A stretch of DNA of 64,000 nucleotides from Candidatus Omnitrophota bacterium (GTDB lineage: Bacteria > Omnitrophota > Gorgyraeia > Tantalellales > Tantalellaceae). The stretch lies in assembly GCA_049643885.1 (NCBI GenBank), contig JBARQV010000029.1:24997-88996 (forward strand). The letters are read 5' to 3'. Below the pieces are notes generated by a model. It saw only the letters and a list, made by a program, of their open reading frames with translations. It was not told the DNA's origin and made no database searches. Positions 26,917-36,776 of this stretch are shown here, piece by piece. The first letter of the stretch is position 1. The number at the start of each line of letters is the position of its first letter. The position numbers and the translations under genes are program-made.

Positions 26917-28184
26917 GACAGGTATTTTCCTATTTTGTCCATGGTCTTTTCGAGCGCCCCGGAATTTTGATCGATGATCTTTTTTGCGTTGACGGACATA
27001 TTTTCCCTTTTATCCGTGTCTTCCAAGAGGTCCTCCAGCACTGATTTTAGTTCATTCTTGTCTTTTACGGCTACCGCACCGCCGCCTTCGGTGAATATGC
27101 CCGCTACTTCCCTGAAATTGAACATGTGAGGCCCGAAAACCACGGCCTTTCCCCACCGGGCTCCCTCGATCGGGTTCTGCCCTCCTTTTCTGGCCAGGCT
27201 GCCTCCCACGAAGATCAGGGTAGCGACGCTATAGATATCCTTAAGGTGTCCGATCGTATCCACAAGGATGACATCTTTACCCGGGGGCCGTATCTTCTTG
27301 CCGGATAAGATATCCGAAAAACGCTGGTACCCGATACCGGCTTTTTCGATATATGATCCTACAGTGTCCACTCTCTCGATGTGCCTGGGAGCAAGGACCA
27401 GCTTCAGGCCGCTCCGTTTCTTCCTGAGTTCCCTGTAAACGTCGACTATCGTTTCCTCCTCCGGAGAATGGGTGCTGCCCGCAACAAGGATCTCGTCTTT
27501 CTCGCCGAAACCGAAATCCTCCTTCCGGAACGCGCCTGATACCGGGAAATCGCCTGTCTGGTCGAACTTGATATTCCCGGTCACAAAAACTTTTTCCGCA
27601 GGGGCGCCCAGCTGCTTTATCCTCAGGGCGTCTTTTTCCGACTGCATGCAGAAACGCTCTACGTCCTTCAGTATCCGCCTGGTAATAAACCCTATTCTTC
27701 TGTAATTCACGAAAGAAGAATCGGATATCCTGCCGTTCACAAGGACCACCGGAACACCTCTTGAAGATAACTCTTCCAGAAGATTAGGCCATAGTTCCGT
27801 CTCTACCATCAGGTAAAGGCGGGGGTCGATACTCCTGACGACCCGGGACACCACGGCCCTAAAATCGACAGGGAAATAAAAAACCGCGTCTACCGCTCCG
27901 GGCTTGAATTTGCGGGCCATATCATTGCCTGTCCTGGTCGTGGTCGAGATTACTACAGGCACGCCCGGGAAACGCTTTTTGATCACTCCTGAAAGTTTTC
28001 CCGCCAGGGCCGCCTCCCCGACGCTTACCGCGTGTATCCACACGGGTCTCTCAAGACCCGTAACTTCGTCAGGCAAAAACGAGAACCTCTGTAAAAAATC
28101 TTTATGTGCCTTCCTCTTGACCAGTAGATAAGGCAGGTAAACAACGCTGAAAATTAGAAAAAATAGATCGTATATGAGTCTCAT
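26913..28184 (-). CDS. waaA: 3-deoxy-D-manno-octulosonic acid (Kdo) transferase
   Basis: 423 aa, KdtA family. Confidence 0.9.
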   Translation of the reverse strand: MRLIYDLFFLIFSVVYLPYLLVKRKAHKDFLQRFSFLPDEVTGLERPVWIHAVSVGEAALAGKLSGVIKKRFPGVPVVISTTTRTGNDMARKFKPGAVDAVFYFPVDFRAVVSRVVRSIDPRLYLMVETELWPNLLEELSSRGVPVVLVNGRISDSSFVNYRRIGFITRRILKDVERFCMQSEKDALRIKQLGAPAEKVFVTGNIKFDQTGDFPVSGAFRKEDFGFGEKDEILVAGSTHSPEEETIVDVYRELRKKRSGLKLVLAPRHIERVDTVGSYIEKAGIGYQRFSDILSGKKIRPPGKDVILVDTIGHLKDIYSVATLIFVGGSLARKGGQNPIEGARWGKAVVFGPHMFNFREVAGIFTEGGGAVAVKDKNELKSVLEDLLEDTDKRENMSVNAKKIIDQNSGALEKTMDKIGKYLS

Positions 28185-28192
28185 GTTTTATT

Positions 28193-28231
28193 TGATCCCG
28201 GATCCCGCTTTTGGCGGGTCCGGGATGACAT
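28193..28231. repeat. Palindromic hairpin element, family 2 copy D: TGATCCCGGATCCCGC-TTTTG-GCGGGTCCGGGATGACAT.
   Basis: The conserved termini GATCCCGG / CCGGGATGACAT recur at five or more sites. The inner stem varies with compensatory changes. Confidence 0.7.
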
Positions 28232-28264
28232 ATTTTTATTTTTCGACGAATTATGTGATCCTTC

Positions 28265-29137
28265 TCATGCTCTGGGGTGCGCCTTAATATACATCTCCTT
28301 GATCTTTTGCGTTCCAAGATGCGTGTAGATCTGCGTGGTCGACAGATTCTTATGTCCCAACAGTTCTTGGACGCTTCTCAGGTCGGCTCCGTTATTAAGC
28401 AAATGGGTCGCGAAAGAATGCCGGATCGAATGGGGGGATATTTTCTGTTCTATACTGCACTGCCGTATATATTTGTCCACAATACGACGGACGCTCCTGT
28501 CCGTAAGCCGGGTCCCCAATTTGTTCAGGAAAAGCGCGTTTGGCTTATGATGACCGGCCCGCTGTCTTTCCTTCATATAGCCGTCAAGTGCGCGCTGGGC
28601 CTCCTTCCCCAGCAGGGTAATCCTTTCTTTTTTCCCTTTTCCCCTGACCTTAGCCACGCCGGATATGTGGTCGACATCCTCCTGATTCAGGCCGACCAGC
28701 TCGCTTACCCGCATGCCCGTTGAATACAATATCTCCAAGATAGCCCTGTCCCTCAAGCTTTTGATGTCATCCCCGGCCGGGGCCGTTATAAGTCTTATGA
28801 TCTTCTCGGAATCAAGAAATTCCGGAAGTTTCTTGTCAAGTTTAGGAGTAAAAACACTGTCGGTCGGGTTGGTCTTTATATATTTTTCCCTGGAAAGGAA
28901 ACGGAAGAAAGACCGTATAGCCCCGAGCTTCCTCACCACCGTGCGCTTGGCGTATTTTTTCTGCTTGAGTTCAGCCAGATAACGTCTCAGGTGAAGGTGC
29001 GTTACGCTTTTGGGGCCCTTGTTCTGCAAAAAAAGGGCCAGTTCTTTCAGGTCTGACCTGTAGCATCTCACGGTGTGTTCCGAGTAATTTTTCTCTATCT
29101 TCAGGTAGTTCGAGAATTTCTCGATGAAGCGTTCCAT
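28265..29137 (-). CDS. Tyrosine recombinase XerC/XerD
   Basis: 290 aa with the conserved recombinase residues (R...HxxR...Y). Confidence 0.85.
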   Translation of the reverse strand: MERFIEKFSNYLKIEKNYSEHTVRCYRSDLKELALFLQNKGPKSVTHLHLRRYLAELKQKKYAKRTVVRKLGAIRSFFRFLSREKYIKTNPTDSVFTPKLDKKLPEFLDSEKIIRLITAPAGDDIKSLRDRAILEILYSTGMRVSELVGLNQEDVDHISGVAKVRGKGKKERITLLGKEAQRALDGYMKERQRAGHHKPNALFLNKLGTRLTDRSVRRIVDKYIRQCSIEQKISPHSIRHSFATHLLNNGADLRSVQELLGHKNLSTTQIYTHLGTQKIKEMYIKAHPRA

Positions 29138-29139
29138 CT

Positions 29140-31209
29140 TTAATCTTCTTTATCCTCCGCCGCGCCCGTGTTGCTCTCAAGCTCTTCGACGTCCCGGGGG
29201 AGCTTCTTGGAGGTATATGTACATTTCGGATACTTGGTGCACCCGTAAAAATTACCTCTCCTTGACTTGCGTTCGACTAATTCGCCGCCACACCCTTCTA
29301 TCGGGCATGGTACACCGGTCGTTATGGGTTCAGCGTACCTGCATGACGGAAAACCGGAACAACTCAGGAACTTGCCGCGGGACCCCCATTTAATGACCAT
29401 TTTCCTGCCGCATTTCTTGCAGGTCTTGTCGGTCTCTATGGCCTGCTTCTTCACGCTCTTCATTTTTTCTTTCGCCGTTTCCATCTGATCCTTGAACGAA
29501 GAGTAAAACTCATCCATTACCTTTTCCCATTGCATCTTCCCTTCTTCGATCTCGTCCAGTTCGTTCTCCATATTCGCGGTAAAGGCTACGCCGATGATAT
29601 CGGGGAAATTCTCCACAAGCAGGGCGTTGACCAGTTCACCCAGCTCGGTGGGATGAAAATACCGGCTGACGCGTTTGACATAATTGCGATTGATGATAGT
29701 CCTTATAATAGGGGCGTAAGTCGACGGACGGCCTATGCCTTTTTCCTCGAGAATCTTGACCAGGGAAGCATCCGAATAACGCGGAGGCGGCTTGGTAAAA
29801 CACTGCTGCGGTTTCAACTCCACAAGATCCACCACTTCTCCGGTTTCGAGCGGCGGTATCGGGAGCATCTCCTCCTGCTGTTTCCTGTCCCCGGCGTAAA
29901 CCCGCAGAAAACCGTCGAATATAAGAGTCCCCCCTCCGGCCCTGAACCTGTATTCGCCGGCGTCGATATTTATCGTCAAAACGTTGTACACCGCGCTTTC
30001 CATCTGACTGGAAACGAACCTCTTCCATATCAGGCTATATAGTTTGAATTCATCCGGGCTCAAATATTTCTCAACCTGGCTGGGATCACGCAGGGGCAGG
30101 GTGGGCCTGATCGCCTCATGGGCCTCCTGCGCGCTCTTTCTGGATTTATATTTCACCGGCGATTTGGGCAGGTATTTATCCCCGTACTCGTTCTGGATAT
30201 GCTGGCGGAGCTCCTTCAGGGCGTCTCCGGATACGCGAACGGAGTCGGTACGCATGTAAGTAATAAGACCCACGCTGCCTTCTTCGCCCAGTTCGATGCC
30301 TTCATAAAGTTCCTGAGCTATCTTCATGGTCTTGCTGGCGGAAAAATTCAGTTTATTGAACGCGTCCTGCTGCAAGAGCGAAGTGGTATAAGGCGAACGG
30401 GGATAACTCTTTTTTTCTTTTTCCGATATATCTTTTATTACATACTTTTCCTTCTCAAGCTCGGAAAGGACCTTATCCGCGATCTTTTTGTCGGAGATAT
30501 GTATTTTCTCACCCTTGTGTTTCACAAGCTTGGAGATGAATGTCCTTTCCTCCTCCGGAAGCGGGCCGCCTTTCTTTCTTAACAGCGCTTCTATGTTCCA
30601 GTATTCCTGGGACTTGAACTTGCGTATCTCCTCTTCTCTTTCGACGATCAACCTGACGGCCACGGACTGGACCCTGCCGGCGCTCAGTCCCCTGGTGATC
30701 TTGGACCACAACAGCGGGCTGAGAGAGTACCCTACGATCCTGTCAAGGACCCTTCTGGCCTGCTGGGCGTTGACTTTGTTCATGTCCAGCGGCGCCGGAT
30801 GCTCAAAAGCTTCCCGCACGGCTTTTTCAGTGATCTCTTCAAAACTTACACGGGACATCTCGGCGCCCTCCTTCTGGAGCTGATTGCTGATATGCCAGCA
30901 AATAGCCTCTCCTTCACGGTCGGGGTCGGCGGCCAGGTATATGGCCTTGGTCCCTTTTGCGTCTTTTTTCAAATTGCTTAAATATTTATTCCGGCCTTTG
31001 ATAATGACATATTCAGGCTTGAATTCGTTATCAAAATCGATGCCCATCCGGTCTGGAGGAAGATCCACAATATGACCCATACTGGCCACGACTTTATAAT
31101 CTTTCCCCAGGATCTTATTGATGGTCTTCGCCTTTGCCGGTGATTCGACGATCACCAGGTATTTAACTCCGGATGTTTCCATTTTTTTCTTGCTCTTCTT
31201 GGTCGGCAT
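29140..31209 (-). CDS. topA: DNA topoisomerase I with C-terminal zinc ribbons
   Basis: 689 aa with a TOPRIM N-terminus (LVIVESPAKAKTI) and a C4 zinc ribbon. Confidence 0.9.
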   Translation of the reverse strand: MPTKKSKKKMETSGVKYLVIVESPAKAKTINKILGKDYKVVASMGHIVDLPPDRMGIDFDNEFKPEYVIIKGRNKYLSNLKKDAKGTKAIYLAADPDREGEAICWHISNQLQKEGAEMSRVSFEEITEKAVREAFEHPAPLDMNKVNAQQARRVLDRIVGYSLSPLLWSKITRGLSAGRVQSVAVRLIVEREEEIRKFKSQEYWNIEALLRKKGGPLPEEERTFISKLVKHKGEKIHISDKKIADKVLSELEKEKYVIKDISEKEKKSYPRSPYTTSLLQQDAFNKLNFSASKTMKIAQELYEGIELGEEGSVGLITYMRTDSVRVSGDALKELRQHIQNEYGDKYLPKSPVKYKSRKSAQEAHEAIRPTLPLRDPSQVEKYLSPDEFKLYSLIWKRFVSSQMESAVYNVLTINIDAGEYRFRAGGGTLIFDGFLRVYAGDRKQQEEMLPIPPLETGEVVDLVELKPQQCFTKPPPRYSDASLVKILEEKGIGRPSTYAPIIRTIINRNYVKRVSRYFHPTELGELVNALLVENFPDIIGVAFTANMENELDEIEEGKMQWEKVMDEFYSSFKDQMETAKEKMKSVKKQAIETDKTCKKCGRKMVIKWGSRGKFLSCSGFPSCRYAEPITTGVPCPIEGCGGELVERKSRRGNFYGCTKYPKCTYTSKKLPRDVEELESNTGAAEDKED

Positions 31210-31219
31210 GATCCTCCCT

Positions 31220-32245
31220 TTATCTTGTCTTCAATGTGTACCTGCCCCCGGCGCGCGCTTCAACAAGCCCTTTAAGCTCTAATTTGAGCAGAACACCCGC
31301 CAAGTCCGGAAAATCTATCCCTGTCCGGCTCGAGATCTGGTCGACATGCACCGGTCTCCCCTTTCCTATAGCTTCCAATATTTCACTGTGTTCTTCGGCC
31401 GGCATCTCTTCAGCTATCGCTTTTTCTTTCTTTTCCGGGCATATATCCAGTTCTTCCAGTATATCGTCTACACCGGTCACAAGCTTCGCGCCGTCCTGAA
31501 GAAGCTTGTTTGTGCCGATCGATGAGTGACTGTCTATCCTCCCGGGAACGGCGAACACTTCCTTGCCCTGTTCCAGGGCATAATCGACTGTTATCAGGGC
31601 CCCGCTTCTCGCTGCCGCTTCTACCGCTACAACTCCCTTGACCAGACCGCTGATGATCCTGTTCCGCCTGGGAAAGTTCCCCTTCGCGGGCTCGATCCCT
31701 GATAAATACTCGGTCAAAACCGCCCCGCTGCCCATAATCCGGGAAGCCAGCTTCACGGCCTGAGGCGGATATATATGCCTGAACCCGCTGCCCATAACAG
31801 CTACGGTGCGTCCCTTCGCTCTCAAGGCGCCCCGGTGGGCAGCCGTATCTATTCCGTTGGCCATACCGCTTACGACAACCACGCCTCTTTCGGCAAGGTC
31901 GAACGCTATTCTTTCGGCTACCTGCAGCCCATACGGGGTGCACCGCCTGGACCCTACAATGGCCACGGCGTTCGTGTCCCGGGGGCAAAGTTCGCCTTTA
32001 TAAAAAAGGACCGGCGGCGGATCATATATATTTTTCAAAGCTTCCGGGTAATCCTCATCAAGACAACTGACAGGCCTTATCCCTTCTTTCTCCAAGTATT
32101 CCAGCTCTTCGGCGAAATCCGGCGACGTCATGACAGGTTCTATCTCATCGTCTTTTATGCCTTCTTTCACCCTGGCCATGATCTTTCTCGGCCCCATACC
32201 GGGAACCATGCTCAAAGCTATGATCTTGCGGCAGAATTCATTCAT
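31220..32245 (-). CDS. dprA: DNA processing protein A (Smf)
   Basis: Rossmann-fold core VVSGMANGIDTAAHRGAL with a C-terminal wHTH-like domain. Confidence 0.9.
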   Translation of the reverse strand: MNEFCRKIIALSMVPGMGPRKIMARVKEGIKDDEIEPVMTSPDFAEELEYLEKEGIRPVSCLDEDYPEALKNIYDPPPVLFYKGELCPRDTNAVAIVGSRRCTPYGLQVAERIAFDLAERGVVVVSGMANGIDTAAHRGALRAKGRTVAVMGSGFRHIYPPQAVKLASRIMGSGAVLTEYLSGIEPAKGNFPRRNRIISGLVKGVVAVEAAARSGALITVDYALEQGKEVFAVPGRIDSHSSIGTNKLLQDGAKLVTGVDDILEELDICPEKKEKAIAEEMPAEEHSEILEAIGKGRPVHVDQISSRTGIDFPDLAGVLLKLELKGLVEARAGGRYTLKTR

Positions 32246-33257
32246 GACTCTTCTTTTTCGATCTTTTTTTCCTTACCATATCGATGAATTTACCGGTAAG
32301 ATCAGGATCGAATTTTCTTCCTTTTTCCGCTTCGATGATGGCCACGGCTTCCGCTTTGGCAAACGCCTTTCGGTAGGGACGATCCGAGGTCAACGCCTCG
32401 AAAACATCAGCAAGGCTGAGTATTCTTGCTTCAAGAGGTATTTTCTCGCCCTTTATGCCGTGCGGATAACCGGTCCCATCATAGTTTTCGTGATGGCTCT
32501 GGATTATAAAAATAATATCCCTCAAAAAATATAGCGGCCGGATCATCTCGACCCCTTTGAGGGGGTGGCTCTTGATCCTCTCATATTCTTTTTTTGTAAG
32601 CGGGCCTTTTTTGTTCAATATGGTATCGCTTATGGCCAACTTCCCTATATCGTGGAGATAAGAAGCTATTTTCAATCTTTCTACGTTTTTCTTGGTCATT
32701 TTCAGCCTTTTAGCCAATTCTACTGCCAGAGAAGTCACCCTCACCGAATGCTCCGCGATGTCGGGATCTATGATCTTTGAGATGACAAAGATCATAGCGA
32801 TCGCTTCCGCGTAAGTCGCTTTCGCGGTAGTAGTGGGAATACACTTTCTCGAGGGCCCGATATTCACGGCCGGTTTTCCGATATAGGTCAGAAAAAATTC
32901 TTTGTCCTTTTCAAGAAGGATACCCAGCCACTGGAGAAGTTTTATCCGCCTCCTGGCCACTTTTACGGCGGCGTTGAATTTGAAACAGCTGGTCCCCTTC
33001 TTCTTGGCTGCACAGAACATCTTACGCGCCGCCTCGCGTTCATCGTCTGGCATGAAATCCTCGATCCAGTTCTTCCCTATCAGGATCTGTCCGGGCATGC
33101 CGAAATACTCCCGGTAACTGTTATTGACGAAAATTATGCTGCCTTCCTTATCGGTCACTACGACCGGCAGCAAAGCTTTTTTGAGCATCTTATTGAAAAA
33201 CAATTCCCAAACCGCGAACCTTTTTCCGGATGCTGTCTTTTTCTCCTGAGTTTTCAT
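32238..33257 (-). CDS. PAS-domain HD-GYP phosphodiesterase (predicted c-di-GMP phosphodiesterase)
   Basis: N-terminal PAS-like region and an HD-GYP signature HHENYDGTGYP. Confidence 0.8.
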   Translation of the reverse strand: MKTQEKKTASGKRFAVWELFFNKMLKKALLPVVVTDKEGSIIFVNNSYREYFGMPGQILIGKNWIEDFMPDDEREAARKMFCAAKKKGTSCFKFNAAVKVARRRIKLLQWLGILLEKDKEFFLTYIGKPAVNIGPSRKCIPTTTAKATYAEAIAMIFVISKIIDPDIAEHSVRVTSLAVELAKRLKMTKKNVERLKIASYLHDIGKLAISDTILNKKGPLTKKEYERIKSHPLKGVEMIRPLYFLRDIIFIIQSHHENYDGTGYPHGIKGEKIPLEARILSLADVFEALTSDRPYRKAFAKAEAVAIIEAEKGRKFDPDLTGKFIDMVRKKRSKKKSHE

Positions 33258-33769
33258 GAGTTCCCTTTTCTGTCGACTATTCTTTTTATCTCTTCCACTA
33301 TGCTTCCTATGTCCCCGGTGCTGGTGTCCACATGGAAGTCGGCCTTTTCGTAAAAAGGCCTTCTGTGATCTAAAAGTTCCGTTATGCGTTTTTTCGGGTC
33401 TTCAACGTCAAGAAGAGGACGGTGCTTGTATTTTTTAGTCCGCTCACATATCGTATCCGGGTCGGCCCAGAGACATATTACTATGCCTGTCATTCTCAGA
33501 TTCTCCATGTTCTCCGGGTCCAGGACAACCCCTCCCCCGGCGTCTATGACCTGATCAGCCTGGCGGCTTGCTTCCTTTATGACCTCCTTTTCGACTTTCC
33601 GGAAGTACGCCTCGCCGTCATCTTTGAAAACATCGTTAATACTTTTCTTTTCTCTTGATTCTATAAGATCGTCAGTATTGACATACTTCTTTCCCAGGCT
33701 TCTGGCCAGGACCTTGGCTATCGTCGTCTTGCCGGTACCCATAAAACCTACCAGCACTATGTTCTTCAT
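33254..33769 (-). CDS. aroK: Shikimate kinase
   Basis: 171 aa with P-loop GFMGTGKTT. Confidence 0.9.
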   Translation of the reverse strand: MKNIVLVGFMGTGKTTIAKVLARSLGKKYVNTDDLIESREKKSINDVFKDDGEAYFRKVEKEVIKEASRQADQVIDAGGGVVLDPENMENLRMTGIVICLWADPDTICERTKKYKHRPLLDVEDPKKRITELLDHRRPFYEKADFHVDTSTGDIGSIVEEIKRIVDRKGNS

Positions 33770-33773
33770 GCGT

Positions 33774-34901
33774 TCACATCTCCTTCAGGTGTTTCGTGTA
33801 GGCGCTGGAATTCCTGTATACTTCGGCCATGGAATCCCCGCCGAACTTATCCAGCAACGCAGAAGCCAACTCAAAAGCCACAGCGGATTCAGCGACCACC
33901 CCGCAGGCGGCTACCGCGGTTATGTCGGCGCGTTCCCTGGAAGCGCAGGCTTTCTTCTTGGTGTCGATGTCCACTGACATGAGCGGTTTACCCAGCGTCG
34001 CGATCGGTTTCATGAACCCTTTCACGATCACCGGCGCTCCATTGGTCATCCCGCCTTCCAGCCCCCCGGCATTGTTCGAAAGTCTCGTGAACGTTTTTCC
34101 GATCTTGTCATAGGCTATCGCGTCATGGGTCTCGGACCCTCTTCTGCCGGCACACTCTATGCCTTTGCCGACCGACACGGCCTTGACCGCCGGTATCGAC
34201 ATTACCGAACGGGCCAGGGCGCCGTCCAGTCTCATGTCCCACTGGGCGTAGCTGCCAAGCCCGGGAGGAACGCCGATGGCTATGACTTCAAAAGAACCCC
34301 CGAGGGTGTCTCCCTCTTCTTTGGCTCTGTCTATTTCTTCGCACATCTTTTTCGAGGCGATTTTGTCCGCGCATCTTACCTCAGACTTTTCGGCGATCTT
34401 CAGGATCTCCCCGAAGGAGAGTCCTTCCGTCCGGGCTTCGACCGGTCCTATACTCGTAACGTGGCTCAGTATCTTTATGCTGAACTCTGCGAGAATAAGC
34501 TTGGCGACGGATCCTACGGCCACGCGCGCCACTGTTTCCCTGGCACTCGCCCTTTCCAGGACATCACGGGCGTCCTTCAGGCCGTATTTCATTATCCCCG
34601 CCAGGTCGGCATGACCCGGCCTGGGGTTTTTTACGCCCGGCAATTTGTCGATCTTGAAATCCTTATTGGCGATCACCATTCCTATAGGACTGCCGATCGT
34701 AACGTCCTTGCGGCAACCTGCCGCGATCTCGACCTTGTCCTTCTCGATGCTCATCCGTTTGCCGCGGCCATACCCCACCATCCTGCGGGCAAGTTCCTTA
34801 TTGATGAAGTTCCTGTCCATCTTCAGTCCTGCGGGAACCCCGTCTAAGATGGCCATCATGGCCTTTCCATGCGACTCACCTGCGGTCATGTATCGCAACA
34901 T
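33774..34901 (-). CDS. aroC: Chorismate synthase
   Basis: 375 aa with N-terminus MLRYMTAGESHG. Confidence 0.95.
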   Translation of the reverse strand: MLRYMTAGESHGKAMMAILDGVPAGLKMDRNFINKELARRMVGYGRGKRMSIEKDKVEIAAGCRKDVTIGSPIGMVIANKDFKIDKLPGVKNPRPGHADLAGIMKYGLKDARDVLERASARETVARVAVGSVAKLILAEFSIKILSHVTSIGPVEARTEGLSFGEILKIAEKSEVRCADKIASKKMCEEIDRAKEEGDTLGGSFEVIAIGVPPGLGSYAQWDMRLDGALARSVMSIPAVKAVSVGKGIECAGRRGSETHDAIAYDKIGKTFTRLSNNAGGLEGGMTNGAPVIVKGFMKPIATLGKPLMSVDIDTKKKACASRERADITAVAACGVVAESAVAFELASALLDKFGGDSMAEVYRNSSAYTKHLKEM

Positions 34902-34914
34902 CTCTCACCTCACT

Positions 34915-35685
34915 TTACATGGTAAAAAATAAATATTTTAGGATCTTATCCCCGTATAACAAACTGATAAACGCGCCGAGCGAAAGATACGGCGCGTAAG
35001 GGATCATTTCCCTTTTCTTGAAAAGTTTCATGTACAATCCAAATCCCAGGCCCAGGACCGGCGCCATGAAAAAAGCCAAAATAACGAGTTTCCAGCCCAG
35101 AAATGCCCCGACCATGGCCATGAGCTTTACGTCTCCGCCTCCCAGGCTTTCCTTCCTGAATATCATCTCTCCCATGAAACCCAGCAGGAACATGCTACCT
35201 CCCCCAGCTACCACGCCGGTCAGGGAGTTCAAAAGAGCTTTCCAGACCACCCCGCCGGATAGAAAAGCGGAAACGCCCACCAATATGATCCCGAGAGGGA
35301 TACCCGGCAGGCTGAGGACATCCGGCACCTCCTGCTTTTCTATGTCTACGAACACGATGATGATCAAAATATACGTCAAGATCAAGTAAGCAAAAAACTG
35401 GGCGGAAAGCGAAAAATAATATAAAAGAACGATCGTGCTCAGGGCGGAAACCATCTCCACCAGAAAATATCTCAGCGATATCCTTATGCCGCAATAATGG
35501 CACTTGGCTCCCAGGACAATGTAGCTTACCAAGGGTACGTTATCATACCACCGGATCGGGTTCCTGCATTCCGGACAGTATGAACGGGGTTTGACTATAG
35601 ACCTACCCCTCGGTATACGGTAGATGCACACGTTCAGGAAACTGCCTATTATTGCACCGAATATAAACGCTATTACGTATTCCAT
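34915..35685 (-). CDS. pilD: Prepilin (type IV leader) peptidase / N-methyltransferase, A24 family
   Basis: 256 aa with a zinc-binding CPxC...CxxC N-terminus and multiple TM helices. Confidence 0.85.
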   Translation of the reverse strand: MEYVIAFIFGAIIGSFLNVCIYRIPRGRSIVKPRSYCPECRNPIRWYDNVPLVSYIVLGAKCHYCGIRISLRYFLVEMVSALSTIVLLYYFSLSAQFFAYLILTYILIIIVFVDIEKQEVPDVLSLPGIPLGIILVGVSAFLSGGVVWKALLNSLTGVVAGGGSMFLLGFMGEMIFRKESLGGGDVKLMAMVGAFLGWKLVILAFFMAPVLGLGFGLYMKLFKKREMIPYAPYLSLGAFISLLYGDKILKYLFFTM

Positions 35686-35695
35686 AACCAGACAT

Positions 35696-35840
35696 ATGTC
35701 ATCCCGGACGAGCCCGGAAATAATATGTCATCCCGGAATCGCGCCAAAGGCGCGATATCCGGGACCAAGTAAAATTATTATTTGATCCCCGCTTTCGCGG
35801 GGATGACATACTTCTAAATCGGCGAATTCCGGGATGACAT
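35696..35840. repeat. Composite palindromic element, family 2 copy A (about 145 bp), with four GTCATCCCGG/CCGGGATGACAT termini and nested hairpins.
   Basis: It shares ATCCGGGACCAAGTAAAATTATTAT(T/G)TGATCCC with copy B at 45279-45375, and fills the pilD-aroE intergenic gap up to the aroE stop. Confidence 0.7.
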
Positions 35841-36730
35841 CAAATGTTTATTCCCTCTTCCTTCAGGGCCTGTCGCATTATTTTTTTTGTCTCTTCAAGA
35901 GGTTTTTCCGTCCAGATGTTGAATGCCACAGCGCCCTGATTTACCAGCATTCCTAAACCGTTCGCGGCGACAAATCCTTTGGCTCTCGCGAACCTGACCA
36001 ATTCGGTCTCCCTGCAATAGACCAGATCATAGACCACCGTGCCGTCGCGAAGATCAGCCAGGGAAACGGGCATCCTGTCACCCTCTTTTGCGCCGATCGG
36101 CGTGGCGTTCACAAACAGGTCGCACCCCGCGATCTTGTCCGTTAGGTCGTTCGGACCGGCAGGAACGAATTTTCCGAACGGAAAATTCTCGTCGAAAGCG
36201 GTTTTCAAGGATGATAATTTCTTTTTATCTATATCATAAGCGCTTATCTCCCACGGCGCTTTACCCGAAAGGGATGCCATGAACAAACAGATCGCCCTTG
36301 CGGCGCCGCCGGCGCCTAGAACAAAGACTTTTTTGCCGCGGGGATCGAATCCCGTATCATCAAGAAGCGCCTCATAAAATCCCCTGCCATCGGTATTGTA
36401 CCCGACCAGACCTTCTCCCTCGGCCTTTACCGTATTCACCGCACCCAACACCTTTGCGCTGCCTTTAACGGAACAGCCGGGAAGCTTTTCTATCATCTCC
36501 TTTATCTTTACCTTGTACGGCACGGTCACGTTTATGCCGCACACCTTCCCGCCCAATACCGTGTCATGGAAGAATTCGTCGAGTCCGCGCTCTTCTATAT
36601 CGAAAAGCTTATATTCGGCAGGGATGCCAAAATGCCTGAAAGCGGCATTGTGCATTACGGGAGAAAGGGAATAGCTTATATTCCGTCCTAGAAGACCGTA
36701 AGTTTTCCTGTTTTCTTTTACATCTGCCAT
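35840..36730 (-). CDS. aroE: Shikimate dehydrogenase
   Basis: 296 aa with substrate-site motif SLSPVMHNAAF. Confidence 0.85.
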   Translation of the reverse strand: MADVKENRKTYGLLGRNISYSLSPVMHNAAFRHFGIPAEYKLFDIEERGLDEFFHDTVLGGKVCGINVTVPYKVKIKEMIEKLPGCSVKGSAKVLGAVNTVKAEGEGLVGYNTDGRGFYEALLDDTGFDPRGKKVFVLGAGGAARAICLFMASLSGKAPWEISAYDIDKKKLSSLKTAFDENFPFGKFVPAGPNDLTDKIAGCDLFVNATPIGAKEGDRMPVSLADLRDGTVVYDLVYCRETELVRFARAKGFVAANGLGMLVNQGAVAFNIWTEKPLEETKKIMRQALKEEGINI

Positions 36731-36776
36731 AATGATCTAAGTGAAAAAACATCGCGCCAAGCCGGGAACAAATTGC

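Noticed and set aside
28193-28231. Family 2 hairpins as intrinsic terminators for the minus-strand genes
   Set aside because: On the minus-strand RNA the hairpins are followed by A-rich rather than U-rich sequence. T-tracts occur only on the plus strand, which carries no genes, so classical Rho-independent termination of the local genes is not supported.
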